Source: Smithellaceae bacterium | GTDB lineage: Bacteria > Desulfobacterota > Syntrophia > Syntrophales > Smithellaceae | Assembly: GCA_028693285.1 (NCBI GenBank) | Contig: JAQUVQ010000006.1 | Span: 8,039-72,038 of the forward strand | Length of the DNA stretch: 64,000 nucleotides | Direction of reading: 5' to 3' | Shown: positions 55,983 to 64,000 of the stretch, piece by piece | Position numbering within the stretch: position 1 is the stretch's first letter | How the letters are laid out: every line of letters begins with the position of its first letter | Translations under genes and position numbers: made by a program | The notes under the pieces: model-generated | Told to the model about the DNA's origin: nothing | Databases searched by the model: none | Seen by the model: only the letters and a program-made list of their open reading frames with translations

Positions 55983-57953
55983 ATGGCGGATGCAAAAGTT
56001 CAATTGAAGGAGATATATCCAATCCCGGAAGCGGCAAGGAAGAAGGCTTGGATCAGCGGAAGGGAAGCTTACGACAAACTGTACAAGCATTCCGTGGAAC
56101 AGCCGGAAGCTTTCTGGGCCGAGGTTGCCGAGCAGCAGGTCACATGGTTCAAAAAATGGGATAAAGTTATGGACTACAACTTTGACATTAAGAAAGGTCC
56201 CATTTACGTGAAGTTTTTCGAAGGCGGAAAACTGAACGTTTCCTACAACTGCCTCGACCGTCACCTTGAAAAACGCGGCAGCCAGATCGCCCTTCAGTGG
56301 GAAGGCAACGAGCCGGGGGAGGCAAAAGCCTTCACCTATCGCATGCTCTACGAGGAAGTCTGCAAGTTCGCCAATGTTCTGAAGGCCCACGGCGTCAAAA
56401 AAGGCGACCGCGTGTGCCTGTATATGCCGATGGTCCCCGAACTGGGCATCGCCGCGCTGGCCTGCTCCCGCATCGGCGCCATCCATTGCATCGTGTTCGG
56501 CGGATTCAGCGCCGACGCCCTGCGCGACCGGATCGTCAACGGAGAAGCCAAAGTGCTGGTGGTCTGCGACGGAACGTTCCGGGGCAACAAGGCGGTTCCC
56601 CAGAAAGCCACCGCCGACGAAGCGCTGCCCTCCTGTCCCTCCATCAAATCCGTCATCGTGGTCAAACGGGTCGGCGACAAGATCAAGTGCGACATGACCC
56701 CCGGCCGCGACGCCTGGTGGCATGAAGAAATGGCCAAAGTGGACGCCAACTGCGAACCCGAATGGATGGATGCCGAAGATCCTCTGTTCATCCTCTACAC
56801 TTCCGGCTCCACCGGCCAGCCCAAGGGCGTCATGCACACCACGGGCGGCTACCTGGTGTACGGCGCCTATACCCACAAGATCATTTTCGATTATCATGAC
56901 GGCGATATGTACTGGTGCACCGCCGACCTGGGCTGGGTCACCGGCCACACCTACATTCTGTACGGGCCTCTGTGCAACGGCGCCACCTCGATCATGTTCG
57001 AAGGCGTTCCCAACTATCCGACCTACAGCCGTTTCTGGCAGATTGTTGAAAAATACAAGGTCAACATTTTCTACACCGCTCCGACCGCCATCCGCGCCAT
57101 TGCCAAGGAAGGCGATGAATTCGTCAAGAAGTGCGACATTTCCAGCCTGCAGACCCTGGGGACCGTCGGCGAGCCGATCAACCCCGAAGCCTGGAACTGG
57201 TACTTCAACCTGATCGGCCGCGGCGAATGCCCGATCGTGGACACCTGGTGGCAGACGGAAACCGGCGGCATTCTGATTACCCCGTTGCCCGGCGCCGTGG
57301 AAATCAAGCCCGGCATGGCCACAATGCCCTTCTTCGGCGTTCAGCCCGTGCTGGTCGATGACGAAGGCAAGGAATTCGCCGACACGGTCGCCTCGGGCGC
57401 GCTGTGCATCAAGGTTCCCTGGCCCGGCATCATGCGGGGCGTTTACGGCGATCCCAAGCGCTTCCAGGAGACCTATTTCGAACAGTTCCCCGGCTACTAT
57501 GTAACCGGAGACGGCTGCCGCCGCGACAAGGACGGCTACTACCAGATCACAGGCCGCATCGACGACGTCATCAACGTATCCGGCCACCGCATGGGCACCG
57601 CCGAAGTGGAAAGCGCGCTGGTCGCCCACAAGTCCGTCGCGGAAGCCGCCGTGGTCGGCATGCCCCACGACATCAAGGGGCAGGGCATTTACGCGTACGT
57701 TACACTGAAAACCGGCGTCGAAAAGTCCGACGCTCTGAAGAAAGAATTGGTCGCTCATGTCCGCACGGTCATCGGACCCATCGCGACTCCCGACAAGATC
57801 CAGTGGGCCGACGGGCTTCCCAAGACCCGTTCCGGCAAGATCATGAGAAGAATTTTGAAGAAGGTCGCCGCCAACGACCTGGGCAACCTGGGAGACACCA
57901 GCACGCTGGCCGATCCGTCGGTCGTGGACGACATCGTTAAAAATCGGTTGTAA
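55983..57953 (+). CDS. acs: Acetyl-CoA synthetase (AMP-forming)
   Basis: 656 aa. [71 protein letters not shown]. Confidence 0.95.
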   Translation: MADAKVQLKEIYPIPEAARKKAWISGREAYDKLYKHSVEQPEAFWAEVAEQQVTWFKKWDKVMDYNFDIKKGPIYVKFFEGGKLNVSYNCLDRHLEKRGSQIALQWEGNEPGEAKAFTYRMLYEEVCKFANVLKAHGVKKGDRVCLYMPMVPELGIAALACSRIGAIHCIVFGGFSADALRDRIVNGEAKVLVVCDGTFRGNKAVPQKATADEALPSCPSIKSVIVVKRVGDKIKCDMTPGRDAWWHEEMAKVDANCEPEWMDAEDPLFILYTSGSTGQPKGVMHTTGGYLVYGAYTHKIIFDYHDGDMYWCTADLGWVTGHTYILYGPLCNGATSIMFEGVPNYPTYSRFWQIVEKYKVNIFYTAPTAIRAIAKEGDEFVKKCDISSLQTLGTVGEPINPEAWNWYFNLIGRGECPIVDTWWQTETGGILITPLPGAVEIKPGMATMPFFGVQPVLVDDEGKEFADTVASGALCIKVPWPGIMRGVYGDPKRFQETYFEQFPGYYVTGDGCRRDKDGYYQITGRIDDVINVSGHRMGTAEVESALVAHKSVAEAAVVGMPHDIKGQGIYAYVTLKTGVEKSDALKKELVAHVRTVIGPIATPDKIQWADGLPKTRSGKIMRRILKKVAANDLGNLGDTSTLADPSVVDDIVKNRL

Positions 57954-58080
57954 TGAAAATGCCCGGTTCTCTTCGAGAGAGAATCGGGCGTTTTTATCAG
58001 GATGAAGGTTGTAGAAAAATTTTAAGTGCACGCATCGCCAAAATTAAGAAGCGACGTGCAGGAGAAGGAGGTTTTTGACA

Positions 58081-58851
58081 GTGAATATTATTGCATGCGT
58101 GAAGCAAGTGCCCGACACCGAAGCACAAATCAAAGTCAAGGCTGACGGATCAGGCATCGAGGAAGGCCAGATCAAATGGGTCATGAATCCCTATGATGAA
58201 TTTGGCGTGGAAGAAGCACTGAAACTGAAAGAAAAAAACGGCGGCGATGTCACGATCGTCTGCGTCGGTCCGGCCCGCGCGATGGAAACCATCCGCACCG
58301 CCCTGGCCATGGGCGCGGACAAGGGCGTGCACATCTGCGATCCGGCCTTTGACAACGCGGACGCGTTTGTCGTCGCCAACGCCCTGGCGGCCGCCATCAA
58401 AGCCCTGCCGCACGACATTATCTTCTGCGGCCAGCGCGCCATTGATGACGACTCGGGACAGGTCGGCGCCATGCTGGCGGAAGCCCTGAATCTCCCGCAG
58501 CTGACGCTGGTCACCAAACTCGAATTTGCCGGCTCCTCGGTCAAAGTCATTCGTCCGATCGAAGGCGCCCAGCTTTCGATTGAAACGGCGCTGCCGGCCG
58601 TTGTGACCTGCCAGAAGGGCCTCAATGAACCGCGGTATGCATCGCTGCCCGGCATCATGAAAGCGAAGAAGAAACCGGTTGACGTGAAAAACGCGGCAGC
58701 CATCGGTGTTGCCACCGACGCGAAAGCCAGAGTAGCCAAGACCGTTCCACCTCCGGCCAGACCTCCCGGAAAGATTATCTGCGGAGATGAACCCGCGCAG
58801 AAAGCGGCGGAGCTGGGCAAGTTACTCAGAGAAGAAGCAAAAGCTATTTAA
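58081..58851 (+). CDS. etfB: Electron transfer flavoprotein beta subunit
   Basis: GTG 58081 (9 nt after AAGGAGG) gives (M)NIIACVKQVPD. NPYDEFGVEEAL, CGQRAIDDDSGQVG. The track start TTG 58075 is too close to the RBS. Confidence 0.9.
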   Translation: MNIIACVKQVPDTEAQIKVKADGSGIEEGQIKWVMNPYDEFGVEEALKLKEKNGGDVTIVCVGPARAMETIRTALAMGADKGVHICDPAFDNADAFVVANALAAAIKALPHDIIFCGQRAIDDDSGQVGAMLAEALNLPQLTLVTKLEFAGSSVKVIRPIEGAQLSIETALPAVVTCQKGLNEPRYASLPGIMKAKKKPVDVKNAAAIGVATDAKARVAKTVPPPARPPGKIICGDEPAQKAAELGKLLREEAKAI

Positions 58852-58874
58852 TCAGAAAGCGGAGGAATTGAAAA

Positions 58875-59846
58875 ATGGCAAAAGGAGTTATGATTGTAGC
58901 AGAACAGCGGGACGGCGCTCTCAGGAAGATCAGCTTTGAGCTGGCCTCAACGGCCCGCAAGCTGGCCGACCAGAGCGGCGACGAAGTCAGCGCCATTCTG
59001 CTTGGAGCAGGAATAGAAGGATTAGCCGCGGAGCTCGGCAAATACGGCGTCGATAAAGTTTTTGTTGGCGACAATGCCGCGCTGGAACCCTATGTGACGG
59101 AAGCGCACGCGGCGGCAACCGCCCAAATCGTCAAAGACAACGATCCGGCGATCGTTCTGTTCGGCGCGTCGGTTCAGGGCAAGGACCTCTCCGCCCGCGT
59201 GGCCGCCAAACTGGCCGGCGGTCTGGCGACGGACTGCACGGACGTAAAGCTTGACGGCGGCAACCTGGTGGCTATCCGCCCGATGTACGCCGGCAAGTGC
59301 TTTGGCGAAGTGGTGTTCAACTCCGCTCCGGCCATGGCGTCGCTTCGTCCCAATGTGTTTCCGGCGGCTGAAAACGCAAAAGCCGGCGCCGTGACCAAGG
59401 TCGATGTCGCCGTTGACGCTCCCAAGAGCAAAGTGCTGGAAGTGCAGAAAGACACGAGCGGCAAAGTCGATTTGACGGAAGCCAACGTGATCGTCTCCGG
59501 CGGCCGCGGCATGAAAGGCCCCGAAGGCTATGCGATTCTTGAAGAGCTGGCCGATGTGCTCAAAGGCACGGTCGGCGCGTCCCGTGCGGCGGTGGATGCC
59601 GGCTGGCGTCCGCAGAAGGACCAGGTCGGACAGACCGGCAAGGTTGTTTCCCCGAACCTGTACATCGCCTGCGGCATTTCCGGCGCGATTCAGCATCTGG
59701 CGGGCATGAGCTCGTCCAAGTGCATCGTCGCGATCAACAAGGACGCGGAAGCTCCGATCTTCACGAAAGCGGACTACGGTGTGGTGGACGATCTGTTCAA
59801 AGTCGTTCCCGAGTTGACGGCCGTTTGCAAAAAACTGGTTGCTTAA
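58875..59846 (+). CDS. etfA: Electron transfer flavoprotein alpha subunit
   Basis: [54 protein letters not shown] (FAD-binding signature). Confidence 0.92.
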   Translation: MAKGVMIVAEQRDGALRKISFELASTARKLADQSGDEVSAILLGAGIEGLAAELGKYGVDKVFVGDNAALEPYVTEAHAAATAQIVKDNDPAIVLFGASVQGKDLSARVAAKLAGGLATDCTDVKLDGGNLVAIRPMYAGKCFGEVVFNSAPAMASLRPNVFPAAENAKAGAVTKVDVAVDAPKSKVLEVQKDTSGKVDLTEANVIVSGGRGMKGPEGYAILEELADVLKGTVGASRAAVDAGWRPQKDQVGQTGKVVSPNLYIACGISGAIQHLAGMSSSKCIVAINKDAEAPIFTKADYGVVDDLFKVVPELTAVCKKLVA

Positions 59847-59946
59847 AAAATCCGGCGAGGATTCCCGCCCCGCGGGTCGGGAATCCTCGCTTTAACAGTA
59901 TCAATTTCAAAGACGAGAATACGCCCTCACGTTTTTTGGAGGATCA

Positions 59947-62109
59947 ATGAAAACACATGAATTTGGAATCGGAATGGAAGGCCGCGAGGTTTTCTGGAAC
60001 ATCCCCCTGCCGTCGTTCGAGATTATCCTTTTTGCCCTTACCGGCCTCGCTTTAGCCATCATGGCCTTCGGCATCTACCGCCGCTGGCTGATGTGGAAAG
60101 CCATGGGCAAACCGGAGCTTCGCCTGGACGACATGCAGGAAAGAGTCAAAATGGTTCTCAAGGAGATCTTCCTGCAGAACAAGGTTTTGAAAGACCCCTA
60201 CCCGGGCATTATGCACGCCCTGATCTTTTTCGGTTTTTTTGTTTTGATTTTCGGCGCCGCGTTTGACGCAGGGCAGCATCACATCACCGAACCGCTCTTC
60301 GGCTGGACCTTCCTGAAAGGCAATTTTTACCTGATCTTTTCCTTCCTGATGGATCTTTTCGGACTGTTTGTGATGATCGGGGTGGTGATCGCCCTTGACC
60401 GCCGTTTTGTGCAGAAGCCGGACCGTCTGGGATACAAGGGAGAGATGGACAACACCCCGGACGACGTGATCGTGCTTTTGCTCATCGGCGCCATTATTCT
60501 GACGGGATTTATCGCTGAAGCGTTGCGCATTCACGTGACCAATCCGCCCTGGGAATACTGGTCTTTTGTCGGCTGGCTTTTGGCCCACACCTTCACGGGC
60601 GTCGAGCTGGACACCGCCCGCACGCTGCATCAGGTGATCTGGTGGGTGCACGCCATTCTGGGCCTGAGCTTCATCGCCTACATTCCCTATTCCAGACTGC
60701 TCCACATTATTACAACCCCGGCCAACCATTTCTTGAGCTCGCGCAAGCCGACCGGCTACATCGAGCCGATCCGCGACTTTGAAAACGCCGAAGCGTTCGG
60801 CGTCGGCAAGCTCGAAGAGTTCACCTGGAAGCAGATTTTTGATTCCGACGCCTGCACGCGCTGCGGACGCTGCCAGGACGGCTGCCCTGCCTATCTGACC
60901 GGCAAGCCCCTGTCGCCGAAGAAGCTGACCCAGGACATGAAAACCTTCTGGCTGGAGCAGTGCCCGGATCCTTTGATGGATAAGGTTTACCGGAAACTGG
61001 GCCTCGCGCCCGCTCCCCCGGCCGAAGGCGAAGCCCCGGCGGAAGCCCCGGCGGAAGAAGCAACCGGGAAAGCTTTGGTCGGCGAAGTGATTGATCTGCA
61101 CGAACTGTGGGCCTGCACCAACTGCATGTACTGCATGGAGCACTGCTCGGCCTCGATCGAGCATGTGCCGAAGATTATCGATATGCGCCGCTACAAGGTT
61201 CTGACGGAAGCGGATTTCTCCCCCGAGCTGCAGCTTAGCTGCCGCAACATGGAAAACAACTCCAACCCGTGGGGCGTCGGCGCGCATCTGCGCGGCGACT
61301 GGGCCAAGGAAATCGGCGTCAAGACGCTGGCCGAAGACCCCAACGTCGAGTACCTGTTCTACGTGGGCTGCTCCGGTTCGTTTGACGACCGCGGCAAGAA
61401 GATTTCCATCGCGCTGGCCAAGGTTCTTCAGGAAGCCGGCGTCAGCTTCGGCATCCTCGGGACCGAAGAAGGCTGCTGCGGCGATTCCGCGATGCGCTGC
61501 GGCAACGAGTATCTCTTCCAGACGCTGGCGCAGGCCAACATCGACGTGATGAACGGCTACGGCGTGAAGAAGATCATCGCCATCTGCCCGCACGGCTACA
61601 ACGCGCTGAAGAAAGACTACCCGAACTTCGGCGGCAATTTTGAAGTCTATCATCACACCGAAATTCTCGCGAAACTCATCGAGGAGCGCAAAATCAAACT
61701 GACCGAGCCGCTGAAGGGTTCGTTCGTTTACCACGATTCCTGCTTCCTCGGCCGCTACAACAAGATTTACGATCAGCCCCGCAAGATTCTCAAGGCCATT
61801 CCGGGCATTGACGTGGTCGAAATGGAGCGGAGCCTCGACAAGAGCTTCTGCTGCGGCGCGGGCGGCGCAAGAATGTGGATGGAAGAAGACATCGGAGAGC
61901 GGATCAACAACGCCCGCACCAAGCAGGCGATTGAAGCCGGCGCGGACAGGATTGCCGTGGGCTGCCCGTTCTGCCTGACGATGATGTCCGACGGCATCAA
62001 GGACAACCACAAGGAAGAGACGATGCAGGCCTGGGATCTGGCCGAACTCGTCCTCAAGGCGATGGGCAAGGAAGAAGTCAAACCGCCCGTGGACGTCTGT
62101 GCGGTGTAG
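59947..62109 (+). CDS. Membrane-bound Fe-S oxidoreductase: N-terminal NarI/HdrE-like multi-TM domain + 2x[4Fe-4S] + two CCG (HdrD-like) domains
   Basis: 720 aa. Five or six N-terminal TM helices, CTRCGRCQDGCP and CTNCMYCMEHC, CCG motifs (FYVGCSGSFD...CCGD and HDSCFLGRY...CCGAGG). Immediately downstream of etfBA. Confidence 0.88.
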   Translation: MKTHEFGIGMEGREVFWNIPLPSFEIILFALTGLALAIMAFGIYRRWLMWKAMGKPELRLDDMQERVKMVLKEIFLQNKVLKDPYPGIMHALIFFGFFVLIFGAAFDAGQHHITEPLFGWTFLKGNFYLIFSFLMDLFGLFVMIGVVIALDRRFVQKPDRLGYKGEMDNTPDDVIVLLLIGAIILTGFIAEALRIHVTNPPWEYWSFVGWLLAHTFTGVELDTARTLHQVIWWVHAILGLSFIAYIPYSRLLHIITTPANHFLSSRKPTGYIEPIRDFENAEAFGVGKLEEFTWKQIFDSDACTRCGRCQDGCPAYLTGKPLSPKKLTQDMKTFWLEQCPDPLMDKVYRKLGLAPAPPAEGEAPAEAPAEEATGKALVGEVIDLHELWACTNCMYCMEHCSASIEHVPKIIDMRRYKVLTEADFSPELQLSCRNMENNSNPWGVGAHLRGDWAKEIGVKTLAEDPNVEYLFYVGCSGSFDDRGKKISIALAKVLQEAGVSFGILGTEEGCCGDSAMRCGNEYLFQTLAQANIDVMNGYGVKKIIAICPHGYNALKKDYPNFGGNFEVYHHTEILAKLIEERKIKLTEPLKGSFVYHDSCFLGRYNKIYDQPRKILKAIPGIDVVEMERSLDKSFCCGAGGARMWMEEDIGERINNARTKQAIEAGADRIAVGCPFCLTMMSDGIKDNHKEETMQAWDLAELVLKAMGKEEVKPPVDVCAV

Positions 62110-62154
62110 CAAACAGGCTATAGGCAAAAGGCTATAGGCTATAGGTAACATTTG

Positions 62155-62196
62155 AAGCCCCTTGTCCGATTTGGACAAGGGGCTTTTTTATTTTTT
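62155..62196 (+). terminator. Intrinsic terminator of the acs-etfBA-FeS oxidoreductase unit
   Basis: 13-bp perfect stem AAGCCCCTTGTCC-gattt-GGACAAGGGGCTT followed by TTTTTATTTTTT. Confidence 0.85.
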
Positions 62197-62216
62197 CAGG
62201 CGACGGGTAAAGAATG

Positions 62217-62358
62217 GTGAATGGTGGATGGTAGGGAACGGTCGCGATCGTTCCCTACGGGTCATGGGCAATAGGTGATGGGTGGCAGGAAAACAACTGG
62301 TGGGCAATGAGTGACGGGCAGACGCTAGAGCTGGAATGCAGGGCGGGTCTTTACTGCC
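62217..62358 (+). repeat. Modular heptad-periodic intergenic repeat, copy D
   Basis: GTGAATG GTGGATG. 28-bp palindrome GTAGGGAACGGTCGCGATCGTTCCCTAC at 62231-62258. GGGTCAT GGGCAAT AGGTGAT GGGTGGC. GCAGGGCGGGTCTTTACTGCC at 62338-62358. A related GGCTATA heptamer run lies at 62115-62146, upstream of the terminator. Confidence 0.7.
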
Positions 62359-62560
62359 TGTTGCCCAAATACCCTTTTCGCTTGCCCGAGGGCGTTTTGT
62401 ATAAATCTAAGGCTCGCTTCAGGCAATGACAAAACTCGCCTTCGGCTCAAACAGTTGTCATTGCTGATCTTACGCTTCGCTAAGATTTATATAACAAAAC
62501 GCTCTCAATGGCCGCTCAAAGGGATATCGTTTGGGCAACAGCCTTTCTTCAGACCCGCTG
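62338..62560. repeat. Long imperfect palindrome (REPIN/MITE-like hairpin, arms about 100 bp)
   Basis: Matching inverted blocks: CTGTTGCCCAAA 62358-62369 / TTTGGGCAACAG 62530-62541 (12/12). GAGGGCGTTTTGT 62388-62400 / ACAAAACGCTCTC 62494-62506 (12/13). ATAAATCT 62401-62408 / AGATTTAT 62483-62490. CAATGACAA 62424-62432 / TTGTCATTG 62455-62463. Outer GCAGGGCGGGTCT / AGACCCGCTG. Confidence 0.65.
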
Positions 62561-62573
62561 TGGTGGATGGAAG

Positions 62574-62602
62574 AAACAGCCGGGCGTGGTGCCCGGCTGT
62601 TT
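62574..62602 (-). terminator. Hairpin immediately after the acyl-CoA ligase stop (probable terminator)
   Basis: AAACAGCCGGGC-gtggt-GCCCGGCTGTTT, a 12-bp perfect stem 4 nt beyond the TAA (62607-62609, minus strand). U-rich flanks on both strands. Confidence 0.5.
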
Positions 62603-62606
62603 GGTT

Positions 62607-64000
62607 TTATTCGCCAATCGACGGGATGAATTCCACTTCCCGGGGGACTTTGTAGGGAGAGAGATACACCTTGCAGTGGCGGATGATGTCTTTTTCGTCC
62701 GGATGAAATCCCTCGCGCAGGACAACCTGCGCCTTGACCAGCTCGCCGCGCATCAGGTCCTGCTTGCCCACGACGCGGCATTCCTTCACCGCCGGATGCA
62801 TCTCCAGAATCGTTTCCACTTCCCGAGGATAGACATTGAAACCGCTGGTGATGATCATCCGCTTCTTGATGCCAGTCAGGAAAATGTAGCCTTCCTCGTC
62901 CATTCGGCCCAGGTCCCCGGTGTAAAGCCAGCCGTCCTTCAGAACGGCCGCGGTGGCCGCTTTGTCTTTATAGTAGCCTTTCATGACGTTGCCGCCCCGG
63001 ACAATCAGTTCGCCGATCGTATCGCGCGGCAGCTCCCGTCCGTCCTCGTCAACAATTTTGATGTCGATGCCTTCCAGGGCGGTTCCGATGGAACCGGGTT
63101 TTGCCACGGTTTCCATTCTGTTGAAGGAACAGGCTGGCGCCGCTTCCGTCAGACCATAGCCTTCCAGAATGCGGACGCCGAATTTCTGTTCAAAAACAGG
63201 GATGAAATCGGGCGGCATGGCCGAGCCGCCGGTGACGCATAACTTCAGCGAGCTGAGATCATATTTGGCAGCTTTTTCGTAAAAGACCATGCCCATGTAG
63301 AGGCGGGGGACGGCGACGATATACGATATTTTTTCTCTTTCGAGCGTGGAAAAAAGACTATCCATCGTCAACCGGTCCATCATCACCGTGGAGCAGCCGG
63401 CCTGAATGACGTTGAGCATGTTCACCGTGACGCCGAAGGAATGGAAAAGGGGAATCAGGCAGAGGCCCACATCGTCGGGTGTTCTTCGAAAAGTGGCATG
63501 GACCACATCGAGCTCCGAGCAGAGATTGGCGTGGGTCAGCACCGCGCCCAGCGGTTTGCCGGTCAGACCGGCGGTGTAAATCATGACGGCCGGATCCTCG
63601 GGGTCAATGGGCACGGAAGGAAGCTCCGGGGCTCCGGATTCGTTTTCCGAAAGGAAAGCGTTTTTCGCCGGATCGACCGTCAGAATGTTGCGGCAGGTGG
63701 TCAGTTGATCCTTGATTTCCTGATAGCGCTTTTCACCCGCCGAGTGCGTGATGAGAATTTTGGCGTCGCTGTTGTTGAGCAGATAGTTCATTTCATAGGG
63801 CGTGGATCCCGTGTTGAGCAGCACGGCCACGGCGCCGGATTGAAAAACGGCGAAGCAGCTGTAAACAAACTCGGGGATATTGGGCAGCATGATGGCCACC
63901 TTGTCTCCCTTTTCCAGCTCCATGTTTTTCAAAGACCTCGCGACGGCCGAAACGGCCGACTGCAGCTGCCGGTAGGTAATTCGCTGGTTGTCCGCAATCA
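62607..64000 (-). CDS. AMP-dependent acyl-CoA synthetase/ligase (long-/medium-chain fatty-acid--CoA ligase-like), N-terminus outside window
   Basis: The frame remains open upstream of the first Met (63932) to the window edge (...ITYRQLQSAVSAVARSLKNMELEKGDKVAIMLPN). AMP-binding motif YTAGLTGKPLGAVLTHANL, TGDLGRMDEEGYIFLTGIKKRMI, and C-terminal YKVPREVEFI. Confidence 0.88.
   Translation of the reverse strand, partial: IADNQRITYRQLQSAVSAVARSLKNMELEKGDKVAIMLPNIPEFVYSCFAVFQSGAVAVLLNTGSTPYEMNYLLNNSDAKILITHSAGEKRYQEIKDQLTTCRNILTVDPAKNAFLSENESGAPELPSVPIDPEDPAVMIYTAGLTGKPLGAVLTHANLCSELDVVHATFRRTPDDVGLCLIPLFHSFGVTVNMLNVIQAGCSTVMMDRLTMDSLFSTLEREKISYIVAVPRLYMGMVFYEKAAKYDLSSLKLCVTGGSAMPPDFIPVFEQKFGVRILEGYGLTEAAPACSFNRMETVAKPGSIGTALEGIDIKIVDEDGRELPRDTIGELIVRGGNVMKGYYKDKAATAAVLKDGWLYTGDLGRMDEEGYIFLTGIKKRMIITSGFNVYPREVETILEMHPAVKECRVVGKQDLMRGELVKAQVVLREGFHPDEKDIIRHCKVYLSPYKVPREVEFIPSIGE

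Noticed and set aside
55938-58031. 697-aa minus-strand ORF opposite acs
   Set aside because: Shadow ORF. The plus-strand product is an unmistakable AMP-forming acetyl-CoA synthetase.
60052-62178. 708-aa minus-strand ORF opposite the FeS oxidoreductase
   Set aside because: Shadow ORF. The plus-strand product carries ferredoxin and CCG motifs and TM helices.

Overview
GC-rich, densely coding bacterial chromosomal segment with core-genome character. I can support about 52 protein-coding genes, 3 tRNAs, several intrinsic terminators and one family of intergenic repeats. I see no rRNA, CRISPR array, transposase, integrase, phage gene or recognisable defence gene.

Gene order:
- Partial Zn-ADH, exported amidinotransferase-fold protein, divergent tRNA-Leu/tRNA-Ala, ppiD-like.
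- mreB-mreC-mreD-mrdA-rodA-bactofilin.
- F1Fo ATP synthase b'-b-delta-alpha-gamma-beta-epsilon, then greA.
- moaA, methyltransferase, AmmeMemoRadiSam-type radical SAM.
- smc, CBS protein, ftsY, phosphoesterase, formimidoyltransferase, tRNA-Arg.
- ampG-like, purC-like, Gly-zipper lipoprotein + TerB-like, SulP, DUF362, plsC remnant.
- 3-hydroxyacyl-CoA DH, then class II aldolase + FGGY-kinase::2-hydroxyacid-DH fusion.
- trxB, lgt, NADH-oxidase/CoADR homolog with in-frame TGA, terC, trmH-like.
- cutA-tkt-pgi, nitroreductase, M50 peptidase, ADP-forming acyl-CoA synthetase, S1 protein, aminotransferase, RRM protein.
- acs-etfB-etfA-membrane FeS oxidoreductase, then a partial acyl-CoA ligase.

The Etf/FeS-oxidoreductase module, both kinds of acetyl-CoA synthetase and apparent selenocysteine use fit an anaerobic syntrophic deltaproteobacterium (Syntrophus-like). 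That is inference only.

I did not find a clear novel multi-gene system such as a defence or mobile system. The observations most worth a second look are:
1. A predicted selenoprotein. A TGA sits exactly at the catalytic-Cys column of an NADH oxidase/CoA-disulfide reductase homolog, with a SECIS-like hairpin just downstream (40726..42057).
2. A modular, heptad-periodic intergenic repeat family containing G(T/C)AGGG-headed palindromes (REP-like), present four times, plus one roughly 220-bp REPIN-like long hairpin.
3. An 888-aa FGGY kinase fused to a D-2-hydroxyacid dehydrogenase, co-transcribed with a class II aldolase.
4. A roughly 900-bp gene-free, highly structured region between the RRM-protein gene and acs, containing an orphan terminator.

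All functional calls rest on motif recognition by eye. No database search was run.
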